Assembly (NCBI GenBank): GCA_031366795.1 | Contig: JANLOX010000245.1 | Span: forward strand, 1,691-65,690 | Length of the DNA stretch: 64,000 nucleotides | Reading direction: 5' to 3' | Origin: Candidatus Eiseniibacteriota bacterium | GTDB lineage: Bacteria > Eisenbacteria > RBG-16-71-46 | Shown: positions 1-10,090 of the stretch, piece after piece | How the letters are laid out: each line of letters starts with the position of its first letter | Numbering within the stretch: position 1 is the first letter of the stretch | Translations under genes and position numbers: made by a program | The notes under the pieces: generated by a model | What the model saw: only the letters and a program-made list of their open reading frames with translations | What the model was told of the DNA's origin: nothing | Databases searched by the model: none

Positions 1-231
1 TTCCGTGAGCATGCCCGTCGACGACCGGCAACCCGTGAGGAAGCCCCGATTGACTGCTGGAACGGCGTAAAACAGCTGCCGTTGACCATGGAACGCGCCT
101 CACCGAGTCGCAACCGGTGGGTTCCACCATGTCCGCTGGGCGGTTGCGCAGTTGCCGGGGCCCAAGCTCAAACCAGTCGCGGCCGCCACAGCGACCGTGA
201 CGACGGCCGCGGAGCCGCAAGGCACGAGTGT

Positions 232-529
232 CCACCCTGGCGCCGCATTACCGGCCCCTGCCAGGCGATGAAGCATCAAGTTTTCATGGACAGCAGTCAT
301 TGCCGCATGGTGCAGACCCACGTCGTCCCGGTCTCCATCGTGGAGCGCACGCGAAGCCGGCAGCAACCCCGAGGACGTTGAGCGCCCCATGCAGCAATGC
401 CAGGTCGACGCCTTCCCCACGCTGGTCGTGTTCTCGCCGCGCACGGGCCGCGCCCTGCGGACGCAAGGAGTTAATGGCCCCGAGGCCACACTGGCCTGGA
501 TCGAGGAGTCCGCGCGGCGTATGCAGTAG
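232..529 (+). pseudogene. thioredoxin-like remnant (frameshifted; active site reads TGPC instead of CGPC)
   Basis: Frame 1 reads PWRRITGPCQAMK (compare FWAEWCGPCKMI). Frame 2 downstream reads NPEDVERPMQQCQVDAFPTLVVF...LAWIEE (compare thioredoxin NPxTAxKYGIxSIPTLLLF). The frame changes around 345-360. No intact ORF >60 aa covers it. Confidence 0.3.
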
Positions 530-588
530 TAGACGAGCGCGGCTGCTGAAACCCCCGATTGCTGCGATGGCTCGCCGCGGCGAGCGCT

Positions 589-2295
589 CTAGTGGCGCAG
601 ACCCGCCGTGGCCGCCCCTTCGGGCGGTCCCTCGGCCAGTAATTCCTTCGCGCGCACGATCGCGGATTCCAGGGTGGGCTGCAGGTTGTGCTCCCCGAGC
701 GTGCGGTGGAATTCAGCCTGGCTCATAAGACGTTCAGGCTGGTCGCGCATGCCGCACAGCACGAGATGCCGTCCCGAGGCGCGCAGCCTGTCCGCCAGGT
801 GCATCAACGCATGCAAGCCCGTGGCGTCGATCGCCGTCATGTTGCGCAGCCGCAGCATCACCACCCGCGGCAACGCGTCCCACTCCTCGTCGATGAGCGA
901 CAGCTTGTCGGTCGCGCCGAACAGGAAGGGGCCGTGGATGCGATAGACGGCGACGCCATCCGGCAGCGCGTGGCATTGCAGGCTGTGCGCGACCCCCTGC
1001 TCGACGTAGTCAGGAGTGACGCGGGCGACCGTGGTGGTGCGCGTCACCTTGCGGATGTACATCAGGGCCGCGAGCATCATCCCCGCCTCAACCGCCACCG
1101 TGAGGTCGGCGAACACCGTTAGCGTGAAGGTGATCAACCACACGGCGATGTCGGCGCGGCTTAGTTTAAGGATCTCCGGGATCTGCCGCCATTCGCCCAT
1201 GTTCCAGGCGACGATGAACAGAATCGCCGATAGCACCGCCAGCGGTACATGGGCGGCCAATGAGGCGGCGAACACCAGGATCGCCAGCAGCGTCAGCGCG
1301 TGGATCATGCCCGCGACGGGTGTCTTCGCACCGGAGCGGATGTTGGTGGCGGTGCGCGCGATGGCGCCGGTGGCCGGCAGGCCGCCGAACAGCGGGGACA
1401 TCACATTCGCGATGCCCTGCGCCACGAGCTCCACATTGGGGTTGTGATGGTCCCCCGTGGCGCCGTCCGCGACGACGGCGGAGAGCAACGACTCGATGGC
1501 GCCCAGCATCGCCACGGTGAGGGCCGGGGACAGCAGCGGCAGGATCAAGTCGAGGCGGAATTTCGGGAAGTGAAGGCTCGGCAAACCGCTTGGCACGCCA
1601 CCGAAGCGCGTGCCGATGGTCTCCAACGGCAACTGCAAGGCCCACGCGAGTCCGGTGCCGAGGAACAGGGCGACGATGCTGCCCGGGACGCGCCTGGAGA
1701 ACCGCATCATGACGATCAGCAGCAGCATCGTTGCGGCCGAGACGAGCGTCGTCAACGGCGACAGGCTTTGCCAGTGTGCCCCGATGGCGCCCAGGCGGCC
1801 GATGAAGTCGCCGGGGACGTGAACGATGGTGAGCCCGAAGAAGTCCTTGATCTGCGTGCTGGCGATCAACACCGCGATGCCGTTGGTGAAGCCGATCACC
1901 ACGGGCCGCGGGAAGTACTTGACCGCCGTGCCGAGGCCGGTGACCCCCAGCAGGATGAGCATCACGCCCGCGATCAGCGTGCACATGAACAGCCCGTCGA
2001 TGCCGTGCGTCTGGATGATGCCGGCGATCACCACGACGAAGGCGCCGGTGGGTCCGCCGATCTGGGTGCGTGAACCCCCGAGTGCCGAGATGATGAAGCC
2101 GGCGATGATCGCGCAGTAGATGCCTGATTGGGGCGGCACTCCCGAGGCGATCGCGAACGCCATCGCGAGCGGCAGGGCGACGAGACCCACGGTGAGGCCC
2201 GCGGTCAGGTCGGCGCCGAATGTCTTGAGCGAGTACCCCCTCAGCGACTGTATCGATTTGGGAAGAATGCTCTCCCCGTCCGCCTTGAACTGCAT
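589..2295 (-). CDS. SulP family sulfate/anion permease with C-terminal STAS domain
   Basis: Multi-TM core plus C-terminal STAS-like segment (VAVYRIHGPFLFGATDKL...). Internal ATG at 2295 chosen; the upstream 32 codons look spurious. Confidence 0.8.
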   Translation of the reverse strand: MQFKADGESILPKSIQSLRGYSLKTFGADLTAGLTVGLVALPLAMAFAIASGVPPQSGIYCAIIAGFIISALGGSRTQIGGPTGAFVVVIAGIIQTHGIDGLFMCTLIAGVMLILLGVTGLGTAVKYFPRPVVIGFTNGIAVLIASTQIKDFFGLTIVHVPGDFIGRLGAIGAHWQSLSPLTTLVSAATMLLLIVMMRFSRRVPGSIVALFLGTGLAWALQLPLETIGTRFGGVPSGLPSLHFPKFRLDLILPLLSPALTVAMLGAIESLLSAVVADGATGDHHNPNVELVAQGIANVMSPLFGGLPATGAIARTATNIRSGAKTPVAGMIHALTLLAILVFAASLAAHVPLAVLSAILFIVAWNMGEWRQIPEILKLSRADIAVWLITFTLTVFADLTVAVEAGMMLAALMYIRKVTRTTTVARVTPDYVEQGVAHSLQCHALPDGVAVYRIHGPFLFGATDKLSLIDEEWDALPRVVMLRLRNMTAIDATGLHALMHLADRLRASGRHLVLCGMRDQPERLMSQAEFHRTLGEHNLQPTLESAIVRAKELLAEGPPEGAATAGLRH

Positions 2296-2362
2296 CGCGC
2301 GACAGCGCTCCCTTCCTGTGTCGCCGGTCGTGTCTGGCGCGTGGGTAACGCCGAACGTCGGC

Positions 2363-3337
2363 TCATGCTCCGAGCGATTTGTGCCCCACAAGATGGTCGC
2401 GGACGTATTGGCTCACGGCGTCCTCGAGCGGTGTAAAAGCTCGGTGCCAGCCTGCTGTGCGCAGCTTGGTGATGTCAGCCTGGGTGAAATACTGGTACTT
2501 GCCGCGAAGCTCCTCGGGCATGTCGATGTACTCAATCTGCGGCTCGCGACGGATCGCGGCGAAGATCGCGTTCATCAGGCGGTTCCAGGTGTTCGCCTCG
2601 CCGGTGCCGACGTTGTAAATGCCGTTGGCATGCGCGTGCGAATGGAACCACTCGGTGGTCGCCACGGCGTCTTTCACGTAGATGAAGTCGCGGCGCTGGC
2701 CGCCATCATCGACACCGGGCTGGTCGCTGCGAAACAGGCGCACGCGGCCGGTGTCGCGAATCTGCTCGAACCCCTTGCACACCATCGAACGCATCGCCCC
2801 CTTGTGCCACTCGTTGGGCCCGTAAACATTGAAGTATTTGAGCACGGCGATGCGGTCGAGCAGCCCGGCATCGCGAGCCCACAGGTCGAAGTGCTGCTTG
2901 GACCAGGCGTAGGGATTCAAGGGCTTCAAGTCATCGAGGTGGCGATGGTCGTCGCTGTAGCCCTCGCTCCCATCGCCATAGGTGGCGGCACTGCCGGCAT
3001 GCACAAATCTCCCGCCGGCATCGAGGGTGGCGAGGCAAAGCTCGCGCGCGTAGTCGAGATTGTTGCGGCGCAGGTACGCCTCGTCCATCTCGGTGGTGCT
3101 GCTGCACGCGCCCATGTGGAACACGCAGCGAAGCTCGCCCTGCCAGGCGCCCGACTTGAGCCGGGTGAGGAATGCGGTGTGACCGAGATATTCGCGAAAC
3201 GCGAGGGGTGCGAGATTGGGATAGTCCCGTGAGTCCGGGTGCGTATCGACGCACAGGATGTCGCGCTCGCCGAGTTGGTTGAGGTGCCACACCAGGACGC
3301 TGCCGATGAATCCGCCTGCTCCGGTGACCACGATCAT
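2363..3337 (-). CDS. hldD: ADP-L-glycero-D-manno-heptose-6-epimerase
   Basis: Near-colinear with E. coli HldD: MIVVTGAGGFIGS, HMGACSSTTE, YFNVYGPNEWHKG, KYQYFTQADITKLRTAGW. Confidence 0.85.
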   Translation of the reverse strand: MIVVTGAGGFIGSVLVWHLNQLGERDILCVDTHPDSRDYPNLAPLAFREYLGHTAFLTRLKSGAWQGELRCVFHMGACSSTTEMDEAYLRRNNLDYARELCLATLDAGGRFVHAGSAATYGDGSEGYSDDHRHLDDLKPLNPYAWSKQHFDLWARDAGLLDRIAVLKYFNVYGPNEWHKGAMRSMVCKGFEQIRDTGRVRLFRSDQPGVDDGGQRRDFIYVKDAVATTEWFHSHAHANGIYNVGTGEANTWNRLMNAIFAAIRREPQIEYIDMPEELRGKYQYFTQADITKLRTAGWHRAFTPLEDAVSQYVRDHLVGHKSLGA

Positions 3338-3413
3338 GGGGTTGCTCCGCGAAATGCCATGTCCGCCCCATGCTGCCCAGGCAGCAGGCTCGCCCTGCGG
3401 ATTCCCGGCGGCA

Positions 3414-4499
3414 TCAGAAGAAGTGCTTGGCGAGCCCGAGCGCGCCCTGTTTCCACGGCACCCGGTGCGAGACGCCGGAACTCTGGGCGAACTCGGACTT
3501 GTGCGCCATGTACCACTCGAAGTTGCGCACCAGTGCCTGCTTGTTCGAGAACTTTGGCGCGTAGCCGATCACCCGCTCCGCCTTCTCGATCGAGACGAAC
3601 GAATCTTTGCTGGCGGTTTCGTATACCCACTTGTAGAGCGGCGAGACACGCAACGCATCGAGCAGGCGCAGAGTCCAGATCACTGGCGCCGCCGGGAAGC
3701 CCAGAACGTGCTTGCCATGTCCCGCGTAGTCCAGCACCGACTGGTATTCCTCGCCCATCGTCGTGAATGCCTTCGCGCCGATGTTGAAGGTGTCGTTGAC
3801 GATTTGCGCATCGAGCGTCATGCAGAGATGAATCGCCTGGCACAGGTCCTCGACGTCCAGCAGTTGGTAGCGGTTCCTGCCATTGCCGATCATGGGGAAG
3901 CCGCGTCCATCCTGCGCCCAATCGTAAAGCAGCGCGAACACGCCCAGTCGCTCAGGGCCGATGAAACTCTTCGGCCGGATGACGGGCACGCACAGGCCAC
4001 GTTTGCGGAACTCCTCGCACACCCCTTCGGCCGCGACCTTCGCCTTGCCGTAGGGCCCCACCCCATCGAGTTTGTCGGTCTCCAGCAACGGGTGGTGATC
4101 GGGGATCCCGTAGACCGCTGTCGATGAGATGTGCACGAACCGCCGCACGTGGTGGCGTTCGGCACTTTCGAGCAGGCGGCGGGTCCCGTCGATGCCGGTG
4201 GTCAGGATGTCGTAGGCCGGGTACAGCGGCAGCGCCATGGCGCAGTGCACCACGAGGTCTACGCCGGCCATCGCGGATTCGACGGTGGCCGGGTTGCGAA
4301 TGTCGCCGATGATCGTCTCAATCCTGTCGCGGGAGTCGGCATAGTCAAACGGCAGCAGGTCGAGCGAGCGAATGTGGTAGCCGAGCGGCAGCAGGTAGCG
4401 GATCAGGTTGATCCCGTTGAACCCGGACCCTCCCGTGACCAGCACTAATGGCTGCGCGCCCGGCCCACCCGTTGTGTCCGCTTCAAGGAATGCCTTCAA
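3414..4499 (-). CDS. NAD-dependent epimerase/dehydratase family protein (extended SDR)
   Basis: GGSGFNG Rossmann motif, YGKAK catalytic YxxxK. TTG start per ORF track. Confidence 0.7.
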   Translation of the reverse strand: MKAFLEADTTGGPGAQPLVLVTGGSGFNGINLIRYLLPLGYHIRSLDLLPFDYADSRDRIETIIGDIRNPATVESAMAGVDLVVHCAMALPLYPAYDILTTGIDGTRRLLESAERHHVRRFVHISSTAVYGIPDHHPLLETDKLDGVGPYGKAKVAAEGVCEEFRKRGLCVPVIRPKSFIGPERLGVFALLYDWAQDGRGFPMIGNGRNRYQLLDVEDLCQAIHLCMTLDAQIVNDTFNIGAKAFTTMGEEYQSVLDYAGHGKHVLGFPAAPVIWTLRLLDALRVSPLYKWVYETASKDSFVSIEKAERVIGYAPKFSNKQALVRNFEWYMAHKSEFAQSSGVSHRVPWKQGALGLAKHFF

Positions 4500-4529
4500 G
4501 CGATGCGTCTCCTTGCGGGGGACATCCGC

Positions 4530-5528
4530 CTACCAGCCCATCACGATGGCGAACATCAAGGGGGCGACGATCGAGGCGTCGGACTCGACAATGAAGCGCG
4601 GCGTGTCGACAGCGAGTTTGCCCCAGGTGATCTTCTCGTTGGGCACGGCGCCCGAGTACGAGCCGTAGCTCGTGGTGGAGTCGCTGATCTGGGCGAAGTA
4701 GCTCCACACCGGGATGTCGGGCAGTTGCAGGTCCTGGTGCAGCATCGGCACGACGCAGATCGGGAAGTCGCCTGCGATGCCGCCGCCAATCTGGAACAGC
4801 CCGACGGGGTGCTGCGCGGCCGTTTCGGGATACCACTTGGCGAGCCGCAGCATGTAGCCGATGCCGCCCTGCACCGTGCGCGAATCCTGGATGTCGCCGC
4901 TGATGCAATGGCCGGCGTACATGTTGCCGAGCGTCGAGTCCTCCCACCCCGGCACGAACAGCGGCAGGTTCTTCTCGACGGCGGCGTGCAGCCAGCTATT
5001 GGCCGGGTCCACGCCGGGGCTCGGCTTGCAGACGCCCTTGCGGATCACCCGGTAGAGGAACTCGTGCGGTAGCGCGCTCTCACCGTTACGGTCCGCCGCC
5101 TGCCACTCCTCGAGCACATGGGTTTCGATCAGGCGCATCGCCTCGAACTCGGGGATACAGGTGTCAGTGACGCGGTTCATGTGGCGTTTGAGCAGTGCGG
5201 CTTCATCGCCTGGCGTCAGGTCGCGGTAGTTGGGCAGACGCTCGTAGTGATCGTGAGCGACGTAGTTGAACAGGTCCTCTTCGAGGTTGGCGCCGGTGCA
5301 CGAGATGGCGTGCACCTTGTCGGCGCGGATCATCGTCGCGAGCGAGACGCCCAGTTCCGCCGTGCTCATTGCGCCGGCTAAGGCGATCATCATCTTGCCG
5401 CCACCGTCCAAGTGCTTGCGATAACCCTCGGCGGCGTCGATCAGTGCCGCTGCATTGAAGTGCCGGTAGTGATGCCGCAGGAATGACGAGATCGGTGCGG
5501 TCTTCGAATCGGGCTGGGGCGCGGACAT
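4530..5528 (-). CDS. deoxyhypusine synthase-like protein
   Basis: ~332 aa with DHS-family signature regions (GGGKMMIALAGAMSTAE, CTGANLEED, GGIAGDF). ATG at 5528 chosen; upstream ORF extension is R/P-rich. Confidence 0.65.
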   Translation of the reverse strand: MSAPQPDSKTAPISSFLRHHYRHFNAAALIDAAEGYRKHLDGGGKMMIALAGAMSTAELGVSLATMIRADKVHAISCTGANLEEDLFNYVAHDHYERLPNYRDLTPGDEAALLKRHMNRVTDTCIPEFEAMRLIETHVLEEWQAADRNGESALPHEFLYRVIRKGVCKPSPGVDPANSWLHAAVEKNLPLFVPGWEDSTLGNMYAGHCISGDIQDSRTVQGGIGYMLRLAKWYPETAAQHPVGLFQIGGGIAGDFPICVVPMLHQDLQLPDIPVWSYFAQISDSTTSYGSYSGAVPNEKITWGKLAVDTPRFIVESDASIVAPLMFAIVMGW

Positions 5529-5725
5529 TGGGCTTCCCGGTGTGCGCGGGACCTTAAGGGCCTGGGGCTCGGGCGCACGCCGGGCCTGGGGCGCCCTACG
5601 GCCACGCAACCAAAGGATGCGCGGCCGCCATCGGGACAGCGGGTGGCTTGTGAGAAGTCGTGCGCAGATTATCGCGGGCTGCCGCTCAAGCCAAGCGGCC
5701 GCGGCTGGATGCCTCTGGATTGCGG

Positions 5726-6283
5726 TTAGATCTCGGGAGGTTCGAGTCCCATCAGCCGGAAATAGAGGTTGAGCTGGGCACGGTGATGCACTTCGTGCTC
5801 CTGCATCCGGTCGAGGATCCAATGCAGCGTGAACGTGCGCGCGGGGCCATCCAAAGGGTGCGTCGTGAAGATGCGATCCAGTCTGGCAATGGGCTGGTCG
5901 AGCCAGAACTGGGTTCGTACGTGCGCGCGTTCGAGCAACGCGACCAACGCGGCGTGATCGGGCGCGCCGATGGCGAGTTCCCAGCCTTGAGCGGGGGGAA
6001 GCGCGGGCACGGTCCAGTCCTCGAAGTTGCCGCCGTCGAGCACATTCGTGATCCAGCCGTGTTCGGCCTCGGCGATGTGCACGATGAGCTGTCGCGCGGT
6101 GTACATCTCGGGGCGCGGCTTGAAATCAAATTGCTCAACGGGGAGCGCCTGGACCGAGCGCAGCAGGAAGGGACGAATTCTCGTATCCCAGTATGGGAAG
6201 CAGGACGGAATGACCCCCGGGTAAGCGGGTGCCGACAACGCCCGCGCATGCGCGCGAATGTCGGCCCCTGTCGAGATACTCAT
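5726..6283 (-). CDS. DinB/YfiT-like (DinB_2) family protein
   Basis: Four-helix-bundle His motifs (HIAEAEHGW ... HWILDRMQEHEVHHRAQL). Confidence 0.55.
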   Translation of the reverse strand: MSISTGADIRAHARALSAPAYPGVIPSCFPYWDTRIRPFLLRSVQALPVEQFDFKPRPEMYTARQLIVHIAEAEHGWITNVLDGGNFEDWTVPALPPAQGWELAIGAPDHAALVALLERAHVRTQFWLDQPIARLDRIFTTHPLDGPARTFTLHWILDRMQEHEVHHRAQLNLYFRLMGLEPPEI

Positions 6284-6313
6284 GCGTGGTTGCCTTCCCA
6301 GACCGTCGCCTGG

Positions 6314-7812
6314 TTACTGCTGCAGCGCGTACGAGACCTTGGTGAAGGCCTGGTTCCCGCTGCGTTCGAGGCGGTTGGAGGTGTCGTCGAATGTGCGGCT
6401 GTCACCGTAGCCCGCGAACAGCACCGTCTGCCAGTTCAACTTGTAGGCAAACAACGCCGAGGCGCCGAAGTCCGCGCTCTTGTCGCCCACCGGGAACAGG
6501 TAGCGAGCCGGCTCGCGACGCGTTTCGACGTATTGGTTGATCACGCGAATAAACGATCGGGAATTGAACGACCAGGTCGCGCGCAGGCGTTCGACGGTGG
6601 CGATGAACAAGCGCCCTGACTCTCCCGTCGCATCGCGCACGTTCAGCCATCGCACATTCGCGTTGCCGCGCAGTTCGAGGTGTGCGTTGGGGCGGACCAA
6701 TGCACTGTTGAGGAGGGTGGCACCGCTGCCCTTGCGGCCATTGGCGAAATCGATCTCGTCGCCGACGTAGGCGTCGACGGTGATGCTGTTGAGCACCCTG
6801 CCCGGGCTCGCCTGCAACTGGATGCGCGGGCGGAAGCGTTGCAGCCACGCCTCGCCGACGCGGAAGTTTTCGCGGTTGAGCGCGATGCGGCAGAAGCTGT
6901 TCCATCGCCCGTCCATGCCGGCGCCAACGGTGATGCGCTGCGAGAGCGCGTCGCCGTTCAGGCCGGCGTCGTAGCTATTGATACTGAACATGCGCACACG
7001 CGAGAGAAACGTGTCTTGGGGGCGGACGGTGTAGCCCGCCTCGGCGTAGCCTTCACGGTAGCCGACTTGGGGAATGAATCCATCATCCGCGCGGAACTCG
7101 TCGCCGATATCCTGTCCCTGGAGGTACCAATCGGCGTGATTACCCGAGTGTGACCACCCCAGCTGCGCCGCGTGATCCGACAGCTCGCATCCATCCCACT
7201 CGATTGTAGGGTCCGGGCGGCGCGGCGTGTGGCTGCGGCTCCACAGCGCTTGTCCGGTGAAGGCATCCGTGGGCCGGGGGCGCCATTGAACGTCCGGGCC
7301 CACCACGACGTTGTCGCCGGCCGGATCCCAATTGAATTGCGGTATCGACCCGACGTTGCTCAGGCCCCTTTGGATCACGCGCCCGGTCACCAGCATGCTG
7401 ACAAACGAGGGCCCGAGATCACGGCGCGCGCGAAACACGCCGACGTCGGAGACGAAGTCCTGGTCTACCGTTCGCGATCCCCCAGGGGACCGCGTACGCC
7501 CGCGGGATTCGGGTCATCGAGCCGGAACGCGGCGTAGAGATATTGATCATCATAGGTCAGGTAGCCCACCGTCTTGACCGGCGACGGCGTATTGTCGGTG
7601 ACGTTGGTCTCGTACCACGTCGTGTCCGGCGCGATGCCCTGCCACCCATCGTCGTCGAGGTTGCCATCAACCACGATCGTACCCTTGGCGCGCTCGATGT
7701 GGATGACGGGCTTGGGCGGAGCATCATCGCCTTGAGCTACGCCGCGCATCATGACCCAGGCCGACATCACGAGCAGGAACATCCAGCGGCACACGAGGCG
7801 GCGAGCAGGCAT
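6314..7812 (-). pseudogene. secreted DUF5916-like protein (signal peptide + CBM9-like N-domain + beta-rich C-domain), split by a frameshift near 7440-7490
   Basis: ORF 7465..7812 has a signal peptide and GYLTYDDQYLYAAFRLDDPN. ORF 6314..7438 continues in another frame. A C5G4 homopolymer lies at ~7480-7488. Confidence 0.35.
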
Positions 7813-7951
7813 GGGGACTCGAAAGGTTTGAAGAGCGCGGCCTCTCCACGACGAAGGCGTGGAGGCGATCGTCAGGAGACTAGCGGGATCCCCGAGTTCA
7901 ACAACGGTTCCCTGCCGAACGTTGATAAGCGGTTCACCAAAGCGGCGCAAC

Positions 7952-8617
7952 TCACCGCGAACGCCCCGGGACTGCCGCTGTGCGTGGCTTCAGGTGATCG
8001 AGCGCGATCAGCAGCAGACCCAACGCGAGAAACCCGGCGGCGATCCAGCCGCAGTTGACGAGCACGCGCGCCAGTCCCCATCGCTGGACGTCGAGGAAGA
8101 AGTAGGGCGGGCCAGCGCTCGCCCATCTGCGCACCATCACGGTAAGGCAATAGCACGCCGGAAACACGAGCCACTGCCCCAGCGAGCGAAGTCGCGGATT
8201 GAACCGTGGCACCCCTATCGCCCAGTACAACGCATAGCTCCAGGGAGCGACGTACTGGAGGAACACATTGGCAATGTGTTGGAGTCCGGCGGAGGGCCAG
8301 AGCTTGCGCAGGAAGATGCTGTAGACGGCGCCGATCATGACCATGCTGAGTGTGACGCCGGTCGCAATATCGGGATGCGCGAAAAAGCGTCCCAGCCGGC
8401 TGCGCGGTTGGAGCACCGCAACAGTGAGCGACACCGCAACCAGCGCGTTGGTCAGCACCGCGAAGTAGCCCAGCATGTGCGCCACGGCAGCGGGCGCGCT
8501 GTCACCCAGTGCCATCCGCGCCGGCACGGTGACCGAGGCTTGGAGCGCCACCCCCGTCCACGCGATGACGGCGACGGCGATCATCACCGCCGTTTGAAAG
8601 GCGGATGCTCCGCGCAT
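7952..8617 (-). CDS. integral membrane protein (Pr6Pr/FAR-17a-like candidate)
   Basis: ~6 TM helices; YWAIGVPRF and PPYFFLDV motifs. Start set to internal ATG 8617 because the upstream 113 codons are His/Arg-rich junk. Confidence 0.4.
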   Translation of the reverse strand: MRGASAFQTAVMIAVAVIAWTGVALQASVTVPARMALGDSAPAAVAHMLGYFAVLTNALVAVSLTVAVLQPRSRLGRFFAHPDIATGVTLSMVMIGAVYSIFLRKLWPSAGLQHIANVFLQYVAPWSYALYWAIGVPRFNPRLRSLGQWLVFPACYCLTVMVRRWASAGPPYFFLDVQRWGLARVLVNCGWIAAGFLALGLLLIALDHLKPRTAAVPGRSR

Positions 8618-8628
8618 GGCGAGCGGTG

Positions 8629-9792
8629 TCAGGGCGCCACGGTGAATGGAGCCGAGGCGCGGGTCGTGTCCCAGTCGAAATGGAGGATTCCGCCCTGCGC
8701 CGACGTTTCCACGCTGAGCGTGAAGCGTTCGACCTCGGCCGGCAGCGTGCTGACCGTCATGTCGATGGTGGCGATGTCCTTGGTGGCGTCGTGCTCGGTG
8801 CCCCATTGGCCGGTTTGGCTGTTGACCAAGAGCTTCCAACCGGAGCGCGAAGGCAGCGTCCACAGGGTATAGAACCCGGCCGGGATCACCGTGCCGCCGA
8901 ACGACAGTGCCTTGTCGGTCTTGAACTGCGTCGCCGCGTTGGCCCCGGTCCGCCACACTTCACCGTAGGGCACCACATTGCCAAAGATCTCACGGCCACG
9001 CTTGCCGGGACGCCCGTAGTCGATCCACAGCGATGCCCCACCGGCGTTGGAGACGATGACCGAATCGCGCGGGGACAGCACGCCGAGACCGGCGCCGTTG
9101 TGTTCGCGTGCGGCGAACGAGGAGGCCAGCCCATCAAGATCCAGGCTCGCGACGCGCGCCACGGCGAACTTGCCAGTGCCCGAGATCGGAAGCGCTCGGA
9201 GCACGCGCCCTGTCCCGTCCACGTAAATGTGGAACACGTCGTTGTGCTCGTTCGTCAGGCCGATGGAGTCCCTGCCCAGCTTGCGCAGCGTGAAATGGGC
9301 CACGGCATCGGCGCCGAGGAAGTACTGGGTGCCCCGCAGCGAATCGGCCTTGCTGTTCACCAACCGCATGAGCTGCTGCTCGTAGACCGACCACGGGCTG
9401 GAGGACGGCTGCACCACCGCTCCCCTGGGGAACGCGATGCTCGAATTGCGCGGAGCCGTAGCACCGGTGCGTGTGGTGATCCGCAACGAATCGCCGTCCA
9501 CGCGCGCGGTCACCCGTTGCGTCGCCACCGTGTCGCCGGGTGGTGTGACCCGCATCAGGAAGGTCGCGAGGTTGGCGCCCGCGTACGTGTACTCGAAGTG
9601 CCGGCGCATCACCCGCGGCGCGCGTCCGACCTGGTCGACGACGACTCGTGCCCCCTCGCGCGTCACCCGTTCCACACTGGTCGTGTCGCGGCCCAGCGTG
9701 ACCACGAACGCATTCGTCTCCGGTGCGGCGGATACGGGCGCTGCAAGGGCGAGCATTGTCGCGAGGACCGTGGTTCGGATGGCAGCATGCAT
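8629..9792 (-). CDS. secreted DUF2911 domain protein
   Basis: Signal peptide MHAAIRTTVLATMLALAAPVSA. C-terminal PYGEVWRTGANAATQFKTDKALSFGGTVIPAGFYTLWTLP resembles DUF2911. Confidence 0.55.
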   Translation of the reverse strand: MHAAIRTTVLATMLALAAPVSAAPETNAFVVTLGRDTTSVERVTREGARVVVDQVGRAPRVMRRHFEYTYAGANLATFLMRVTPPGDTVATQRVTARVDGDSLRITTRTGATAPRNSSIAFPRGAVVQPSSSPWSVYEQQLMRLVNSKADSLRGTQYFLGADAVAHFTLRKLGRDSIGLTNEHNDVFHIYVDGTGRVLRALPISGTGKFAVARVASLDLDGLASSFAAREHNGAGLGVLSPRDSVIVSNAGGASLWIDYGRPGKRGREIFGNVVPYGEVWRTGANAATQFKTDKALSFGGTVIPAGFYTLWTLPSRSGWKLLVNSQTGQWGTEHDATKDIATIDMTVSTLPAEVERFTLSVETSAQGGILHFDWDTTRASAPFTVAP

Positions 9793-9871
9793 GCGGTGGC
9801 TCCGGGGATGGATGGGTTCAGCGAAGGGCTCGCGCCGCCGCGCGGTAGCCCCTTCAGGGCTTGGGCGCGTG

Positions 9872-10090
9872 CTAGTTGGCGTCCTCGTCCGCGTCGTCGT
9901 CGTCGCCGGAGTCCATGTCGGACGGCTCACCGGCGAGGTCGGTGATTCCCAACTCCTCGAGGCTGCCCATCTCGGGCCCGCCGCCGGTCCGCTTGCGTTC
10001 GAGCCGGGTTTGGCGCTTTTCGTTGGCTTTTGCGATACGAGCCTGTTCTTTTTGCCGCTTGAGGTAACTCGGGCGTCTGCTGGTTGCCAT
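9872..10090 (-). CDS. small hypothetical protein (basic N-terminus, poly-acidic C-terminus)
   Basis: 72 aa. GGAGGAGG Shine-Dalgarno 7-8 nt upstream of the ATG. Lies 80 nt upstream of the DUF2911 gene on the same strand. Confidence 0.4.
   Translation of the reverse strand: MATSRRPSYLKRQKEQARIAKANEKRQTRLERKRTGGGPEMGSLEELGITDLAGEPSDMDSGDDDDADEDAN

Noticed and set aside
4497-4533. Apparent 1-nt discrepancies between ORF-track coordinates and my manual indexing of the displayed sequence around 4400-4540
   Set aside because: This is most likely my counting error while reading long lines. Track coordinates were retained for the gene boundaries there.
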